A stretch of DNA of 54,729 bases, filler included, from Porpidia crustulata (GCA_964255105.1; 3 parts of 3 records of this genome joined end to end with filler, not necessarily neighbours in it); one strand, 5' to 3'. Counted from the first letter of the whole stretch, positions 23,459 through 37,005 are shown. Numbers and translations: made by a program. The notes: a model not told the origin generated them from the letters alone.

Positions 23459-24493
23459 GGCGAATTGGCCGGCTTGAATGAAGACGATCAGGACATGGAC
23501 ACAAGGCCAGAGTAGGCGATGAATTCAGAGAGTTGGAGATCATAGCAAAACGTCCCCTGTAACCGAGAGTCTCACCAAACATACCGTTGCCCAGGCAACA
23601 ATGCTAAAATTTCCCATTGTATACGACTCATTCAATTAAGTCTTGAAAGTACAGGCCAGCTTGGGATTTACCAGGTACCAACAACAAATTTTCCATTAGG
23701 GAACCATTAGCTACGCAGATTAGCAAAGTCAGTTGATCTCGCTGTTGATGATATGACACATCGACTGCAGAACGAAGCTTCTATATAAGCTCTCCTCTTT
23801 ACTAGATTATACTCTTTAGTACTAATATCGACCAACGGCTTCACGCCTACGACCAACACGAACGGGACTCAAACCATGCCTCAAGCCGTTGCTGAGCTGT
23901 CGCTCATTCAACGGATAAGCCCTGTAGTTGTTGAAACTAACGAACCTTTCGCTAGACCGTGATCACACAGTTTATCCTGCTTGCAGGTTGAACAAGTGTA
24001 GGATGAACATCAGATCAAAGTTCTTCGGCTGTAAAGACTCGTGAGGTTTGAAGTCACTTCCTGATGGTTGCAAAGGAGCGATGCGTCTGAGTCTGATCTC
24101 AAAGAGGTTTTAGCTGTCTCGCTGTTGCACCTACCCCTTGCCCAACAAATACCATACCTAAGCCTACACCAAAAATGGTTCAATGGAATCTATATAGTAC
24201 GGTACCTTAGACATACAGTACACCACGTCCTAGAACCTCAATCATGAGTAGGTAGCCTAGAGCAAAGTACCTGACCTTGCTCAGATCAACAGTGAGTACC
24301 ATTATGGGAACTAAGCTAAGGTGCCTTGATCAGGTATATAAGGTAGGTTCGATTGTAATCTTACCACCAGGGAGTCTAGGGTCATATTAATCTTAGTCAT
24401 GAGCTAAGTCAAATGTCTCGTCTATAGGGATTCTAATTGACTTAGGAATCGTCTAGAGAGGACGGGTTTGCGAATTTTGTGTCCAATCGTGAT

Positions 24494-26318
24494 TCATATA
24501 TATTTATATGGGTTCATGATGCCTTTCTAGAAGACTGGTCAGCATCAAACCTAAGTATTGTCGCCGGGCAAGCATACCGGGTCATATAGAGTTTTGATCT
24601 GCTTCATTAATTTGATCATTGTATTGCTGCGGCTGTAGCCAATGAATGCTTTCTTTGCAAGGCCAAGCCCATGCTCAGCACTGATGCTTCCATTTCGTTC
24701 AGCTATCCATTCATATACGAACGGCTCGAGCGTCTTCTCAACATTCTTGTCGAATCTCCGAGTTGCAATGTTAAGGTGCAGGTTTGAGTCACCGATGTGG
24801 CCATAGCCCACAACACCCACTACTGGGTCTTTATCATTATCGCCAACTAGCCCAGCGGACGTCAAACGATCTCTAGTGTCCTCGACGAGCTTATAAAGCT
24901 CGGAAAGGGGTATTGAAAGATCGTACTTATACACACCACCCCAATGGCCAAGGCACTCGGGAATACCCTCTCGCCATGACCATAGCGACTGAATCTGAGT
25001 CTCGTCCTGAGCCAGAACCCCGTCCGATACGATTTCTTCGCCCATCACGTACTCGAGAAATTTCTCTAACTTCTCATTATCATGCTCGGAATTGGAACCG
25101 CTGGTCTCGATCAGGCAATAGAAAGGATGTTGGCCCTCCAATGGCCTCTTCTTGTTTGTGACTGCATAGACAAGATCCTGACTTTGGCCGTCCATTAATT
25201 CGAAGGCCGAGAGGATCTCGGAGAGCTGGCTTTTTGCCTCGCGAAACGCGCCCTGGACCATTTCAAAGCTCTCAAGGCCAAAGAAAGCCACGTTGACAGC
25301 TTTGGGTTTTTGCGGACAGAGAATAGAGACACCTGTTATTATCCCGATCGTGCCTTCACCACCAATGAAAAGCTGTTTCAGATCATAACCTGTATTGTTC
25401 TTGCGTAGTTTACTGAGATCATCCATGATAGTACCATCCGGCAGGACCGCCTCGATGCCAAGAACGTTCCCATGAAGACTTCCATAACGTAACAGTCGTA
25501 GGCCACCAGCATTGGTCGCTACATTACCTCCGATTTGGCACGAACCTTTCGCGCCAAGATCGAGAGGGAAGACATGATTCCTTTCCGCCAGAAATTGGTC
25601 AACCACTTCTAGAATGCAACCTGCGTCGACGACCAGTGTCCCAGAAGTTCCGTCAAAGGACCGAATCTGATTCATTCTAGATGTATTGATTACAATCTCG
25701 TCATATATTGGTACCGAACCGCCCACAAGGCCCGAATTCCCTCCCTGAGGTACTACAGCCAGTATATTATCATTGCAGTACTGAAGCACCTTACTGACTT
25801 CCTCAGTCGATCCTGGTTTTAGTACAAGCTTCGTATGCCCTTTGTATTTCCTCATCCAATCGCTATTGAACGGTTCCAAATCGCTTGTTGCATCCCTTGA
25901 CACGCCATCAATGACGGCGGATTCGGTCCCTAAAATGTCTTTGAAAAATTGCACATGCCTTGTACTTATCTAAGATGATGTAAGCTTATTGCTCAAACGA
26001 GAGCCTTGCTAGAGCAGAGACCCTGCTGAACTTGCTATCCCGCTTGATCTCCGGATAGCTAGAGAATTATTACCGGGCTGCTAATGGTCAACTTAAATCT
26101 AGGTACTAGTCTTACGATTCAGATGTGAATTTGATATGTTTTTGAGAACTTGGTGCGCTGTTGGTGCTTCCATTGGCGTCCGATTGATAGGGCTTGGTTG
26201 TGGCTGAGCTCCATCGAATCTGGGCAGCCAGATAAAACGGGGCGTGTTCCGAGCTACTGATATACTGGAAGGGTGGTTTGCGCAGCCGAGAAGCAAGTCT
26301 AGGGTTTACACGAATCAT
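24494..26318 (-). CDS. DLD2: Mitochondrial FAD-linked D-2-hydroxyglutarate/D-lactate dehydrogenase; 4 exons (26318-26116, 26058-26022, 25969-~24578, ~24526-24494)
   Basis: Arg-rich presequence; [72 protein letters not shown]. Confidence 0.93.
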
Positions 26319-26676
26319 CGTAGTCACTCTCACCACTCATGGGCATAAAAGAAGCGATCTACAAAATCTTAAAAAATCTGAGGCTTAGCTTGATACTGAA
26401 TCAGCATGGCGCCAATTTAGCGAATGAAATAAGCGCGCGACCTCTGACTAGCCACGCTAGTCTAGTAGTCTAGAAGTCTGGTGTCAAGGTACCTACCTTA
26501 CCTAGGTAGATATCCTAGGTGTCGCGGTAAGCTTCGACGTTAGGCATCAAAGCCATTCTGAACGCGAATTACGCTTTCACCAATCCCGACGCCCTGCCTC
26601 CGAATCTAACAAAAAGCTTCGAGGCAACGATAATACAACCTTTACATATCAGCTTCGACACAGACTCCTTGAAAGC

Positions 26677-27702
26677 ATGGCCTCCGGTTACGACAGAGCT
26701 TTATCGGGTAAGTATTTCTCAGCCGCTAGCATTGTGCAGCTACTAATGTTTGAATAGTTTTTAGGTAAGTGAAATCGCCTTTAGGTCACCTTTGGATTCC
26801 TGATCTTGCTCCTATTTTTAGTCCCGATGGGCATGTGTTCCAGGTGGAGTACGCTCTGGAGGCTGTAAAGCGAGGTGAGCCGTAGCCGCACTACATCACA
26901 ATTATACATACTTAGGTGTGCTAGGAACTTGCGCTGTCGGTGTAAAAGGGAAAGACATAGTTGTTCTGGGCTGTGAGAAGCGCTCTGCGATGAAACTCCA
27001 GGACACCCGGATTACTCCATCGAAAATTGGTCTTGTTGACTCACACGTCTGCCTCGCTTTTGCTGGACTTAACGCCGACGCTCGGATCCTTGTCGACAAA
27101 GCTCGTTTAGAAGCTCAATCCCATCGCTTGACAGTCGAAGATCCAGTTACCATCGAGTATATCACAAAATACGTCGCTGGTGTTCAGCAGCGGTATACTC
27201 AGAGTGGAGGAGTTAGACCTTTTGGTATCAGTACATTAATAGTAGGCTTTGATAATGGCGACAAGACACCAAGACTGTATCAGACCGAACCCTCTGGCAT
27301 TTACTCTGCATGGTAGGCCCCACCCGGCGAGTAGCTGCTTACTTAGATTGAGGACCTGAACTTCTTTATAGGAAGGCCAACGCCATTGGGCGATCTAGTA
27401 AGACAGTCCGCGAATTTCTGGAACGGAATCATAAGGATGATATGGACCGTGAAGAGACCATCAAACTCACAGTCAAATCCCTCTTGGAAGTCGTCCAAAC
27501 TGGAGCTAAGAACATTGAAATAGCCATCTTGGCACCGAGCAAGGCTATCGAGATGCTGCCAGTAGAAGACATCGAATCCTATGTCAAGAGTATAGAAGCC
27601 GAGAAGCAGGAAGAGGCGGCAAGGAAGAAAACTGGGCGAACACCGGGCACTGGTACTGCAGCAATACTAACACGTGGTGGAGGGGAAGCCTCTAATACAT
27701 GA
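26677..27702 (+). CDS. PRE6: 20S proteasome subunit alpha4 (PSMA7); exons 26677-26707, 26758-26764, 26822-26874, 26925-27312, 27372-27702
   Basis: Spliced [37 protein letters not shown]...[14 protein letters not shown]...[26 protein letters not shown]. Confidence 0.96.
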
Positions 27703-27915
27703 GTTCCTTCTAGTCATTGCATAGTATATCCCAGCCTTTAGCGATCATACGATTTCTCCTGAGTGGCATACATGTCAAATTACATCCACACTGATGATAG
27801 CTGACCCATCACGGGCTCATAAAGCTACCAGCAGAATCTAAGGCTTCCAGCCCCAAGAACGCCGTCCCCAACGCCTTAGTCAGAGCTTTTCCAGAACATT
27901 TCTCCCCCCAATGAA

Positions 27916-28507
27916 TCATCCAAGCCGATCTGCAGCATCTTCCACATCGAAAATCGAACGTTGCTGCTGACCTTGTAATCGTTCATCTTTGAGCATGCGA
28001 GCGTCGACACGTGTATCGTCGCCGTCAATTTTCAAGACTGCTTTAGGCGTCATGGCTTCAAGGACATAGTGATTATCGCAGTGAGGGCAGTACTCATCGC
28101 TGGTAGCTAAAAGTAAGTGAGGTACTTCGTAACATAAAGTATGGACCTAGAGCAACCTGTCCTCGAATTCATGGGCGTCTTTCCGGAAACACTTTTTGCA
28201 TTTCTTACAGGCAAACGTCTAGGAACTTCTGTTAGCTAGTAATCAAAACCAAAAGTATCAACTTTGTACCATGTCGAACGTTTGGAGTAGAGGATGGTCC
28301 GCTTGTTCGGCATGACATTCGGCGCAGTCGAACCATTTTCGACCTGAAATCAGCTTGTTTGTAAGTCAAGGATCGTGTTTTGATGTCCGGATTCGACTCA
28401 CAGCATGGACTTCTAATGGAAACCTGAGCATTGAGCACGTGCTTACTGACTAAGTGTTATTTTCCGCGCAAAGATAGTCGATATATTGCTCAGGGCTTCT
28501 ACCACAT
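27916..28507 (-). CDS. Small CHY-type zinc-finger protein; 5 exons, the first coding exon only 5 nt (ATGTG)
   Basis: Spliced MC|KHVLNAQVSIRSPCC|RKWFDCAECHAEQADHPLLQTFDM|TFACKKCKKCFRKDAHEFED|SDEYCPHCDNHYVLEA...RVDARMLKDERL...LG*. Missed by the ORF track. Confidence 0.88.
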
Positions 28508-29160
28508 CTTTATTCTCAGACCCACCAGTTTTATCGTACGTAGTGAACGGCTTGCACGATGATGACTCGATATGCCCGTCAGACTCTGTTTCCGTTCTTG
28601 GGGATCATCGAGAAAATAATTAGGTACGCGAATACCTTACGGGTCAGGGCGTTTAAAAGAGTTGGCGGCGACGCTAAGATAGATAAGCTTGATTGCCCTG
28701 CCTTTGAGTATCCCTTCTCATTTTTTAGAGCGTAAATTAGCAAACTCTTCTATTCGATATCCAACGTGTGGGCTATATGCCCAATTTCTAGTCGAGTTGG
28801 CATACGTCAGACAACTCTGGGTTTACTCAATCTATGAAAACTCAATACTTGGTCATCAATGCTAATACGAATCGTGAACGTCTTCTGGTGCCAAGACTCA
28901 ATTACTTTCTGTCGTTGGAGCGGAGGATTGATATGAGTATTAAACTTCATCATTTACTTTCTCCAGGGAGAAGGTGAGGATTAGGTTATGGCTTGGGACT
29001 ATCTGCGCAAAGAGTTTGTATCAGTAAAATATTTATAGCTATGATTCCCAGATTGTCTCAAAATCAATCTATGCTGGAAACCTAAATCGACCACCTGGCC
29101 GTTTTGATCCGCATTCCATATTATCTCCGTAGAATCTCTACCAGCCAAGAGCTCGCCAGT

Positions 29161-32100
29161 ATGGCAGAGACTAGAGATGACAAGACGGATGGAAGATCGA
29201 TAGTAAGCCTTTGGCCTAGCGCCCAGAGACCTGAATTCTGACTATTCTACATTGTAGCGACCCGTATCCTCACTGAGATCGCATTTCGAGGGTATGGCGA
29301 GCAGCGAGTTGGCCCCAGGCTCCCCATCCCCCTTGCTCCGACAAAGATCTCTATCGCAGCGAGGCGATGCTCCAGAGGAAATGCTGGCGATGGAACGCGT
29401 TTCGGTGGATATTCCACGAAGACCATCCCCGTGGATCGTGTCAGATGCTTCCCAGAATTTATGCTTACAGCCGAACTTGAGGGCGCCGAGTAACCCCATC
29501 TCGCGTCCTCAAATCTGTCCTTCTCCGTTACGACAGCGACCCAGTTCTATTTTCTCACTTTCTCCATCCAGATCCCTTCCTACTGTAATGATCAGCTCTC
29601 CGGGGTCTCCTCCGAAGCCTCCCAATCTGGCCAGGCCACATATCGCCTTACATCCTCCGTCACCAAGCCCCGTAACGCCAACACGTCCGCAGTCTCACTA
29701 TGCAAGATCTCCTCACTCCCTACCAAGAGTACACCGTGCGCACTTTGGAGAGCCGGGACAAGACTCACATACTGTGGAGAAGAGTGACGAGCATAATTTA
29801 ACTACACAACGGAGCATTGTGAAAGCTCCGCCACAAGTAAATCGTGCACAGAAACCTAAGATACCTCTGAAGCCAGCACCAGTTGTTCGAAGCTCAAATC
29901 TTGAGCTCGAAGCCACTGTAATCGACGGAAGATTGTCTCCTTTCAGTACACCACCAAGTAGTGATGAAAGCCCTGACCTGATGCGACATCAATCCGGCAA
30001 ATCGCAGTACAGTGTGCCTCGGCGGAAAGAGGGGACGTCTACGATGCACGAAAGACAGAGTTATTTCCCAGCTCCATCCAACCACCAGTCCATACATCCA
30101 AGGCCATATGGTAGCGATCGCATCACATCCCAGTCAGGTGAGGGCGTTAGTTCTCGGCCGAAGGAGTCCCCTGCCGCAGTCTTAACTCACAACGACCAAT
30201 TGGACCCTCGGCCCGGGCTTCCCCCAAGAAGGAATATCGCGAAAACATCCCAAGGACTAGCGGTCTCAACGCCCATGGTAGCAAAGACTACTCGAGGGCA
30301 GCACTCAGACGTCGTGATGGAGAAAATCCCGACAGGAAGTACGCGTGCCCTTGATACGTCCAATGATGCCATGAAGTCAAAGACTGACTTTCTACCTCCT
30401 CCCAAAAGAAGTTCAATGCTGAAACAATCTGATTCCCTGACGAGTAACAACTATTGTACAGTGCAGCCGGCACATTCGCCACAAGTTTTACCTGCGATAA
30501 GATCTGTAGATAATGCTGGCAAGCCAAATCTGCGCGTAACTGACTCGGAATATTTACCGTTACATATCACAGAGTTCCCATATACATCAAGTAGCAACCG
30601 GCGAGCTCCAATTCCCAATAAAGGAGTTCGAGAGATTGACACGCACTACGAGACTCGAATTCTTGGTATGTGCGGGCCGTATGTATGTACGACGGGCTAT
30701 CTAACGAGAGCATGGGATTTATCATCTGGAGAGATGATCATGAGTCTCGGCCATATTGAAAAGGAGCTACGCATAACAGCAATGGCGTTCAAGCCTGGCG
30801 TTACCGCCGAGGAAGAGGGCTCACGTCTCTGGCTTGGCGATAATTACGGAGACATACAAGAGGTAGACATACCTACCCAAAAAATAGTGTGCACTAAGTC
30901 AGCTGCTCATGGTCGTCGCGAAATTGTCAAAATTTATAGACACCAGAACTCAATGTGGACCCTGGACGAAGACGGAAAGCTTTACGTCTGGTCCCCAGAC
31001 GAAGAAGGCTTACCTAATCTTCGTAGCTTGCCAGCATCTTACAGAGTTCCAAGGGGGCACGCTTGCTCGTTGATAGTCAAAGAGAATCTCTGGCTTGCGA
31101 CAGGCAAATATGTCAGAGTCTTCCGTCTTGGAGCGAAATCGGATGGAAAATTTTCAGTCCTAGAACATCCGCTTGTGCAGCCTGGCGTAGGTGAAGTCAC
31201 CTCGGCAGCCACGATCAGTGCACAGCTAGACTGCATCTACTTTGGTCATGCGGATGGAAAGATCACGATCTATTCCACTGTAAATTACACCTGCCTTGGT
31301 ATAGTCAATGTCAGCGTCTACAGGATTAGCTCGCTTGCTGGAGTCGGTTCATACCTTTGGGCTGGTTACAATACCGGAATGATTTACGTGTATGACACTC
31401 AAACACAGCCATGGATCACAAAGAAGGATTGGCTCGCTCATGACCACCCTATAGCAGACATTGTAAGTGATAACAGCAGTGTGTGGACATCTGGTGTTCT
31501 ACGTGTCGCTTCAATTGGTCAAGATAATGCGATTCGACTCTGGGATGGATTGTTGGAGGATGATTGGTTAGGTATTCACAGCAGGAGTTCATTGATAGTC
31601 AATACATTGGCTAATAAGTTTGCAGAGAATGACTTGCGCCAACATGATACGGACTATTGTAGCTTCAGGGAGATTAAGGCAGTTGTGGTGACCTGGAACG
31701 TTGGAGCTGCAGGACCTGCCAACGTTCGCTATGAAGAGAAAGAAAGCAACTTCTTTCAAGAAATCCTTCAGACCCACGAGCCACCAGATATACTGATATT
31801 TGGCTTTCAAGAACTCATTGATTTGGAAGACAAGAGACTTACAGCCAGTAGGTCTTTCGCATCTTACAGTATGGGACAGTCTAATCATCAGCAGAGAGTC
31901 TCTTTAAAGGAACTAAAAAAAAGGATCCCTCTGAGCATGAACACATGAGTAGACAGTACCGAGAATGGCGTGACTTCCTGGTGAGATGCATTGAGGATAA
32001 TATGCCATCCGACGAGGCATATCACCTACTCCACACGGCGAATATGGTTGGACTTTTCAGCTGTGTTTTCGTCAAGGCCTCCCAGCGCAACCGTATCAGC

Positions 32101-32996
32101 AGATTCAACGCCGCAGAAGTCAAACGTGGGATGGGGGGTTTACATGGCAATAAAGTGAGTTCACCGCATCACTACTCACTTGCTTAATTAATTCGCGGAC
32201 TTTAGGGTGCCATAATACTACGTTTCATTCTAGACGATACGTCTCTCTGCTTGATCAACTGCCATTTGGCTGCCGGACAGTCGCAGACCTTAAATCGCAA
32301 TAACGATGCGGCAGCGATACTCGAATCATCAATGCTACCCGCTGAAGGGCACCCTGTCGCTCGCTGTGATACATTCGTCGGAGGTGGGGATGGCTCAATG
32401 ATCCTTGACCACGAGATATGTGTATTGAATGGGGATTTAAATTACCGAATTGATACCATGAGTCGCGACACAGTCATCAAAGCCATCAACAATGCCAATC
32501 TCGACAAGCTACTCGAGAGAGACCAGCTATTGGTATCGCGAAGAAGGAATCCAGGCTTTCGGTTACGGGCATTCACGGAGTCTTTGATTACATTCGCCCC
32601 GACATATAAATACGACATTGGCTCCGATAGGTATGACACGAGTGAGAAGCATAGAGCGCCGGCTTGGTGCGATCGTATATTATATCGTGGTGCCGGGAAC
32701 GTTAAGCAGACGCAATACCGGAGACACGAAACAAGAGTCTCCGATCATCGTCCCGTCAGTGGCACTTTCAAGATGCGTATAAAAACCATCCAACATGAGA
32801 AGCGTTCACTTGCATGGAGAAACTCTGTCCGAAGATTCGAAATAGTCAGACAGAAGCTATTTTCCGAGGCCAAGTATGTCTCACAATCTCTACTCCCGAA
32901 GCCAAACATCACTAAAATTGTGACCTTGCTTCTAGGGTTGCCTACCTTCGCGATGTCCTTGGAGTAGATTCGAAGGAGGCGCAGGCACTTCTGTGA
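29161..32996 (+). CDS. Inositol polyphosphate 5-phosphatase with Pro/Ser-rich N-terminus and WD40-like repeats; 6 exons
   Basis: MAETRDDKTDGRSI|RPVSSLRSHFE; TWNVGA, FGFQELIDLE, GGLHGNK|GA, NCHLAAGQ, GDLNYRID, FAPTYKYD, PAWCDRILY, SDHRPV; last exon ends EAQALL* at 32996. Confidence 0.93.
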
Positions 32997-33676
32997 TAGA
33001 AGACTTCCTTGACTTGACCATATCGAAACTTGTCTATATCCCGCCCCTTCTAAGGACCTCAGAAGAATGAAAAGGGGGTACGAGTCCCGCCAGGCATATA
33101 CGCTGATGATAATCCGACAGCCCTTAAAAGCCAATCAACGCGAAGATGTGAGCAGAGTAACAGTGACACAAGGGCGCGCTATAATATTCACTTTAACTTC
33201 TCCAATCTAATGGCTCACTGTCAAAACCTCATCAAGATACGTTTTACTGACCTTCGATGGCCAGCAATCTACGGCAGCCGTGGTCCGTCACCAACGCCTC
33301 TTCAAAAGTAGCATACACCCACTTGGACACAAAGCGTATGAGACTAGAAATTTGCCGACTTCAATGTAGATCGCAAAGAAAGAGCTCGGGGGCCATCGTC
33401 GATTTGTCAGTTCTCCCCTGGCAAGACAAAATCGCGTCTTATTCACACCTTTGTCGTCGAACATGACGAGCGAGTTAAGGACTCTCCGGTACTCAACCCA
33501 TGGAAATGCCGAATGACGGAAATCAACGGTCAGCCCTGGATTACGGCAAGAGGTAGCATTTCCCCGGCAGCATTTCCAGCGGCGAAATGTAAAAGGATAA
33601 ATTCATCGATATCCCATGCTCATCAAGTCTTGTATATACATGTTCAACTCAGAAAGACTCTGAAGTCTGCCTATTT

Positions 33677-35595
33677 TTACAGTACATATCTAAAAGTCGG
33701 CGCTCTATCCCCCAAGTGGCTCATATCAGTGTCCGAGTAGTGTTCGAGGGGTACCCGATCTCTTTTCTCGTTGATTCGTTTGTAGTTGAACCTCATGCCC
33801 AAGACCGCAAGCATCCCGACCACCACGAATGCGAGCTCTAATCCGTGGCCCAGAATGTACTTTGGGGAATCCGTCTTCCGGTAGAAATTCGAGGCCATTG
33901 CTGAAATCACAAAGTCAATTAAAAAAAAGGCTGATGCGGCATGTTGCCAGACGAGAAAGGACCTACCGCCTCCGAGGTTGCCAACGCCGATCTGAATCGC
34001 CATCCCGGCCGACCGCTTGTAGCTCCCGGACAGGTTGTTCGACAGCCACGTGACGTTCCCCGGGAAGGCGGGATAGATACCGCAGACTGCGATGAAGACA
34101 CCGGCGTAGACCAAGCCCGGTACGCCTCTTCCGGAGGCGGTGATGCAGATGATGAAACCGATGGCTATGGCGGTCATGCACCCAAGGATGAATGGAGAAC
34201 GCTGGCCGTGGCGGTCGGAGAACCAGGCCACCGTTACCGCCAGCACGGCAGCTGTGATATAGATGGGAATGGTGAGCAGCTGCGCGGTGGACGAAGTGTA
34301 ACCTAGCTCCTTTATGATGGTTGGTAGGAACAAGGATATGCTGTTCATGATTAAGTCTACACGAAATTCACGAGTTGAATGGGAAGAACGCACCCGTAAA
34401 GGGGGCACACAATCCCCTAAATAGGAAACAGCATGTTAGCATTTTTCGAAAGGTTTCAGAGGTGATTTCGGGGAATTACCCAGTACACTGAAGACTGAGT
34501 TAGTATTGCCGACAGTCAAAAATCAATCAATTCACTCACTGAAAAGGCTAAGATAGATCTGCCAGTCGGTAAAAGCGTCTTTGACGTACTTCCAATGGAA
34601 TTGATTTTCCTCGGCGATCAACTGTCCTGACTCTTTCGACCCTTGATACTTCAAACGATAGATGACCCACGCGCGCTCCTCTTCGGTAAGGAAGGACGCA
34701 GTTTCCGGGCTATCATGGACGGTGAAGAAAGCTACGCAGGCAACAAGGACTGTAAGAATGCCTTCGAGGATGAATATCCATCGCCACCCAGCATAACCAC
34801 CGACACCGTGCATTTTCTATTACATCGTCAGCATTGCCGCTTAAGAGAGGAAGGAGAAAACCGTACAGCAATTGCGTAGGCCAAGAGGCCGGAAAATGCT
34901 CCTGCCACACTTGCTGCACTGAAAAACATAGCTTGTCGAAATTGTGCTTCGGTACGAATGTACCACATTGTGATGTAATACGCAACCCCAGGATATAATC
35001 CGGCCTCTGCAACACCGAGGAAGAGACGAGCGAGGAGCAGTCCCCTAAAGTCCTTGACAATACCCATGAGAGTCATCACAGTGCCTGCCGATAGTCAGCG
35101 GTGGCGCGTTGACATCGGTGCTGACCGGGAGTCTCCTTACCCCAGGCCACCATGATGGTAGGAAGCCATATTGAAGGCCTCAATTTCTTGAGCAGCAAAT
35201 TGGACGGGACCTCGAAAACGCAATAGGTAAAGAAGAACACGGTCACTACCCAGATTTAGCCACTACTCTACGCAACAAGCATACCATATGGGCTCCCCAC
35301 ATGTCCAATTGTATTGGCCTCCAGTAAGCTTGAGGTCTACGTCAAGGCCTTCAATTCGCGCGTTCCCGATATTGCCCCTGTCTAAGAAAGCGAGCAAGTA
35401 GAGCAAAGCGAGCATCGGGATCAAGCGCATATCCATTTTTCTAAGCACTTTTTTCGAGTCAATGTGAGAAAAGTCGCCACTGGCGGCAAAGAATTCCGGA
35501 TCGTATGTGATTTTTTTCTCATCCGGATGAGGCGACGCGGAGAAATCGGGAGATCCATTGTGCATGGCCGGTGGCTTCTCCTGCCCAACCGCCAT
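33677..35595 (-). CDS. MFS transporter, allantoate/nicotinic acid permease (Dal5/Tna1-like anion:cation symporter) family; multi-exon with micro-exons
   Basis: RKMDMRLIPMLALLYLLAFLDRGNIGNA, FEVPSNLLL, RLFLGVAEAGLYPG, GWRWIFILEG, YKRSAGMAIQIGVGNLGG, LGDRAPTFRYVL*. Confidence 0.93.
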
Positions 35596-36400
35596 AGTTT
35601 TTGTAGTCTTACAGCGCGGACTGCAGTCAGCGATTCAATCAACAGCGGCAAAAGCTCGTGGGGATTAGTAGGTATATAGTATGAGATGATATGGGATCAC
35701 AGCAAGATCAATGCGCCATGCGTATGGTATATAAACGGGCAGGCTCTTCCGATGCCGTCACGAGGCTGGAATGGCCAAGGGCGCAATCACACCAGGCGTC
35801 CTTTACTCCGCGAATCGGTAGTTGAGAGCGAAGGCGCGAAAGGGGCATTATTATTTGACTACCCACCCGTGCTAGAGTACCCCATGTACAGATCAACAAA
35901 CCCACGAAACTAGACGAGATACCCCATAAACTCCGAGTCGAGCTGAGACATCGAAATTGGAAGGTCAGAGTATTTCAAGCGATCTCGCGGATAAGCTGAT
36001 CATGCATGTTCTACCAAGATGGCAAGCCACGAGCAGACCTGAGCCCGAGATACGGCGAATTTGTGCCCATGCTGGTCCGCCTATTGAGTTGTGCTGTACG
36101 TTGATGCCCATGGTGATCAACAGGGAAGGTTACGGATTCGGATTAGGGGCTACCCTATCAACAACCGTTATCAAGGTGGGGGACGGTTAATCGTGGGGCA
36201 TAGGAGCCGAGGTGAGCGATGAAGAGGAAGCTTATTTGCCGAAATGCGGGGGATAACAATTTGTAGTGATAAGCTTACCCCGTTGCAATCCCCTAATGTG
36301 TAAGATGATCTCAACGTAGTTGCGAACATTCTTCTCATTTATTATATGTGACGTTAAGAATGTAAAAACCGACAAAAATTATGTTAAGCGATAGTTTCTA

Positions 36401-36481
36401 CTCGTATTCACCCCTAGTTCGAAAATCCTAAGCATTAGGGTTAGGGTTATGGAGAAAATATCTCGAACAATTGATCAACTA
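36401..36481. mobile_element. Second, gap-truncated relative of the telomere-repeat MITE
   Basis: TA|CTCGTATTCACCCCTAGTTCG resembles the TIR of 18501-18608; core TTAGGGTTAGGGTTATGG at 36435-36452; the sequence ends ...TGATCAACTA where the right TIR (AACTAGGGG) would continue. Confidence 0.6.
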
Positions 36482-36581
36482 NNNNNNNNNNNNNNNNNNN
36501 NNNNNNNNNNNNNNNNNNNNNNNNNTTAATTAATTAANNNNNNNNNNNNNNNNNNNNNNNNNNNNNNNNNNNNNNNNNNNN
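36482..36581. other. Artificial scaffold-joining spacer (N44-TTAATTAATTAA-N44)
   Basis: TTAATTAATTAA at 36526-36537 within Ns. Confidence 0.97.
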
Positions 36582-37005
36582 GGGATGACATGAGCGGGTG
36601 AGTGGCAAGTTGTGAAAAGGTTTGGTGGTACGAGGTGGATGGTAAATGATAAGATGACGAGATATATTTCCAGAACGATTCTCTTCTTCGAGCGCTGTTG
36701 CAGATTCAAAAAGACCCGGATTTCGCGCAAGTAACGAGCAGCGAGCAATTACCAGAAGTGGTGCTTCAATGCAAATTGAACTGAGCTAGTTAATGCTCTA
36801 GTGCCGGCTGCTTCGAGATGGGGGCTTGATAGGTATGGAAGAAGATGTATGGTACAATTGTATTAAAAATGGCTATGTGCAATATGTCTAAATCCGCTTG
36901 ATCTGACAGACCTGTGTCAGAAAAGGGTCATTCCAAAAAATATCCAGACGCGGCCGTCCCCGTCCATAATATATACAAACGTCGCATCGTCACACGGAGA
37001 GGAAA

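Noticed and set aside
24180..24460. TAGGTA/TACCT/CTAG-rich short palindromic runs (also 26450-26520)
   Set aside because: Common low-complexity texture of fungal intergenic DNA; no defined element boundaries.
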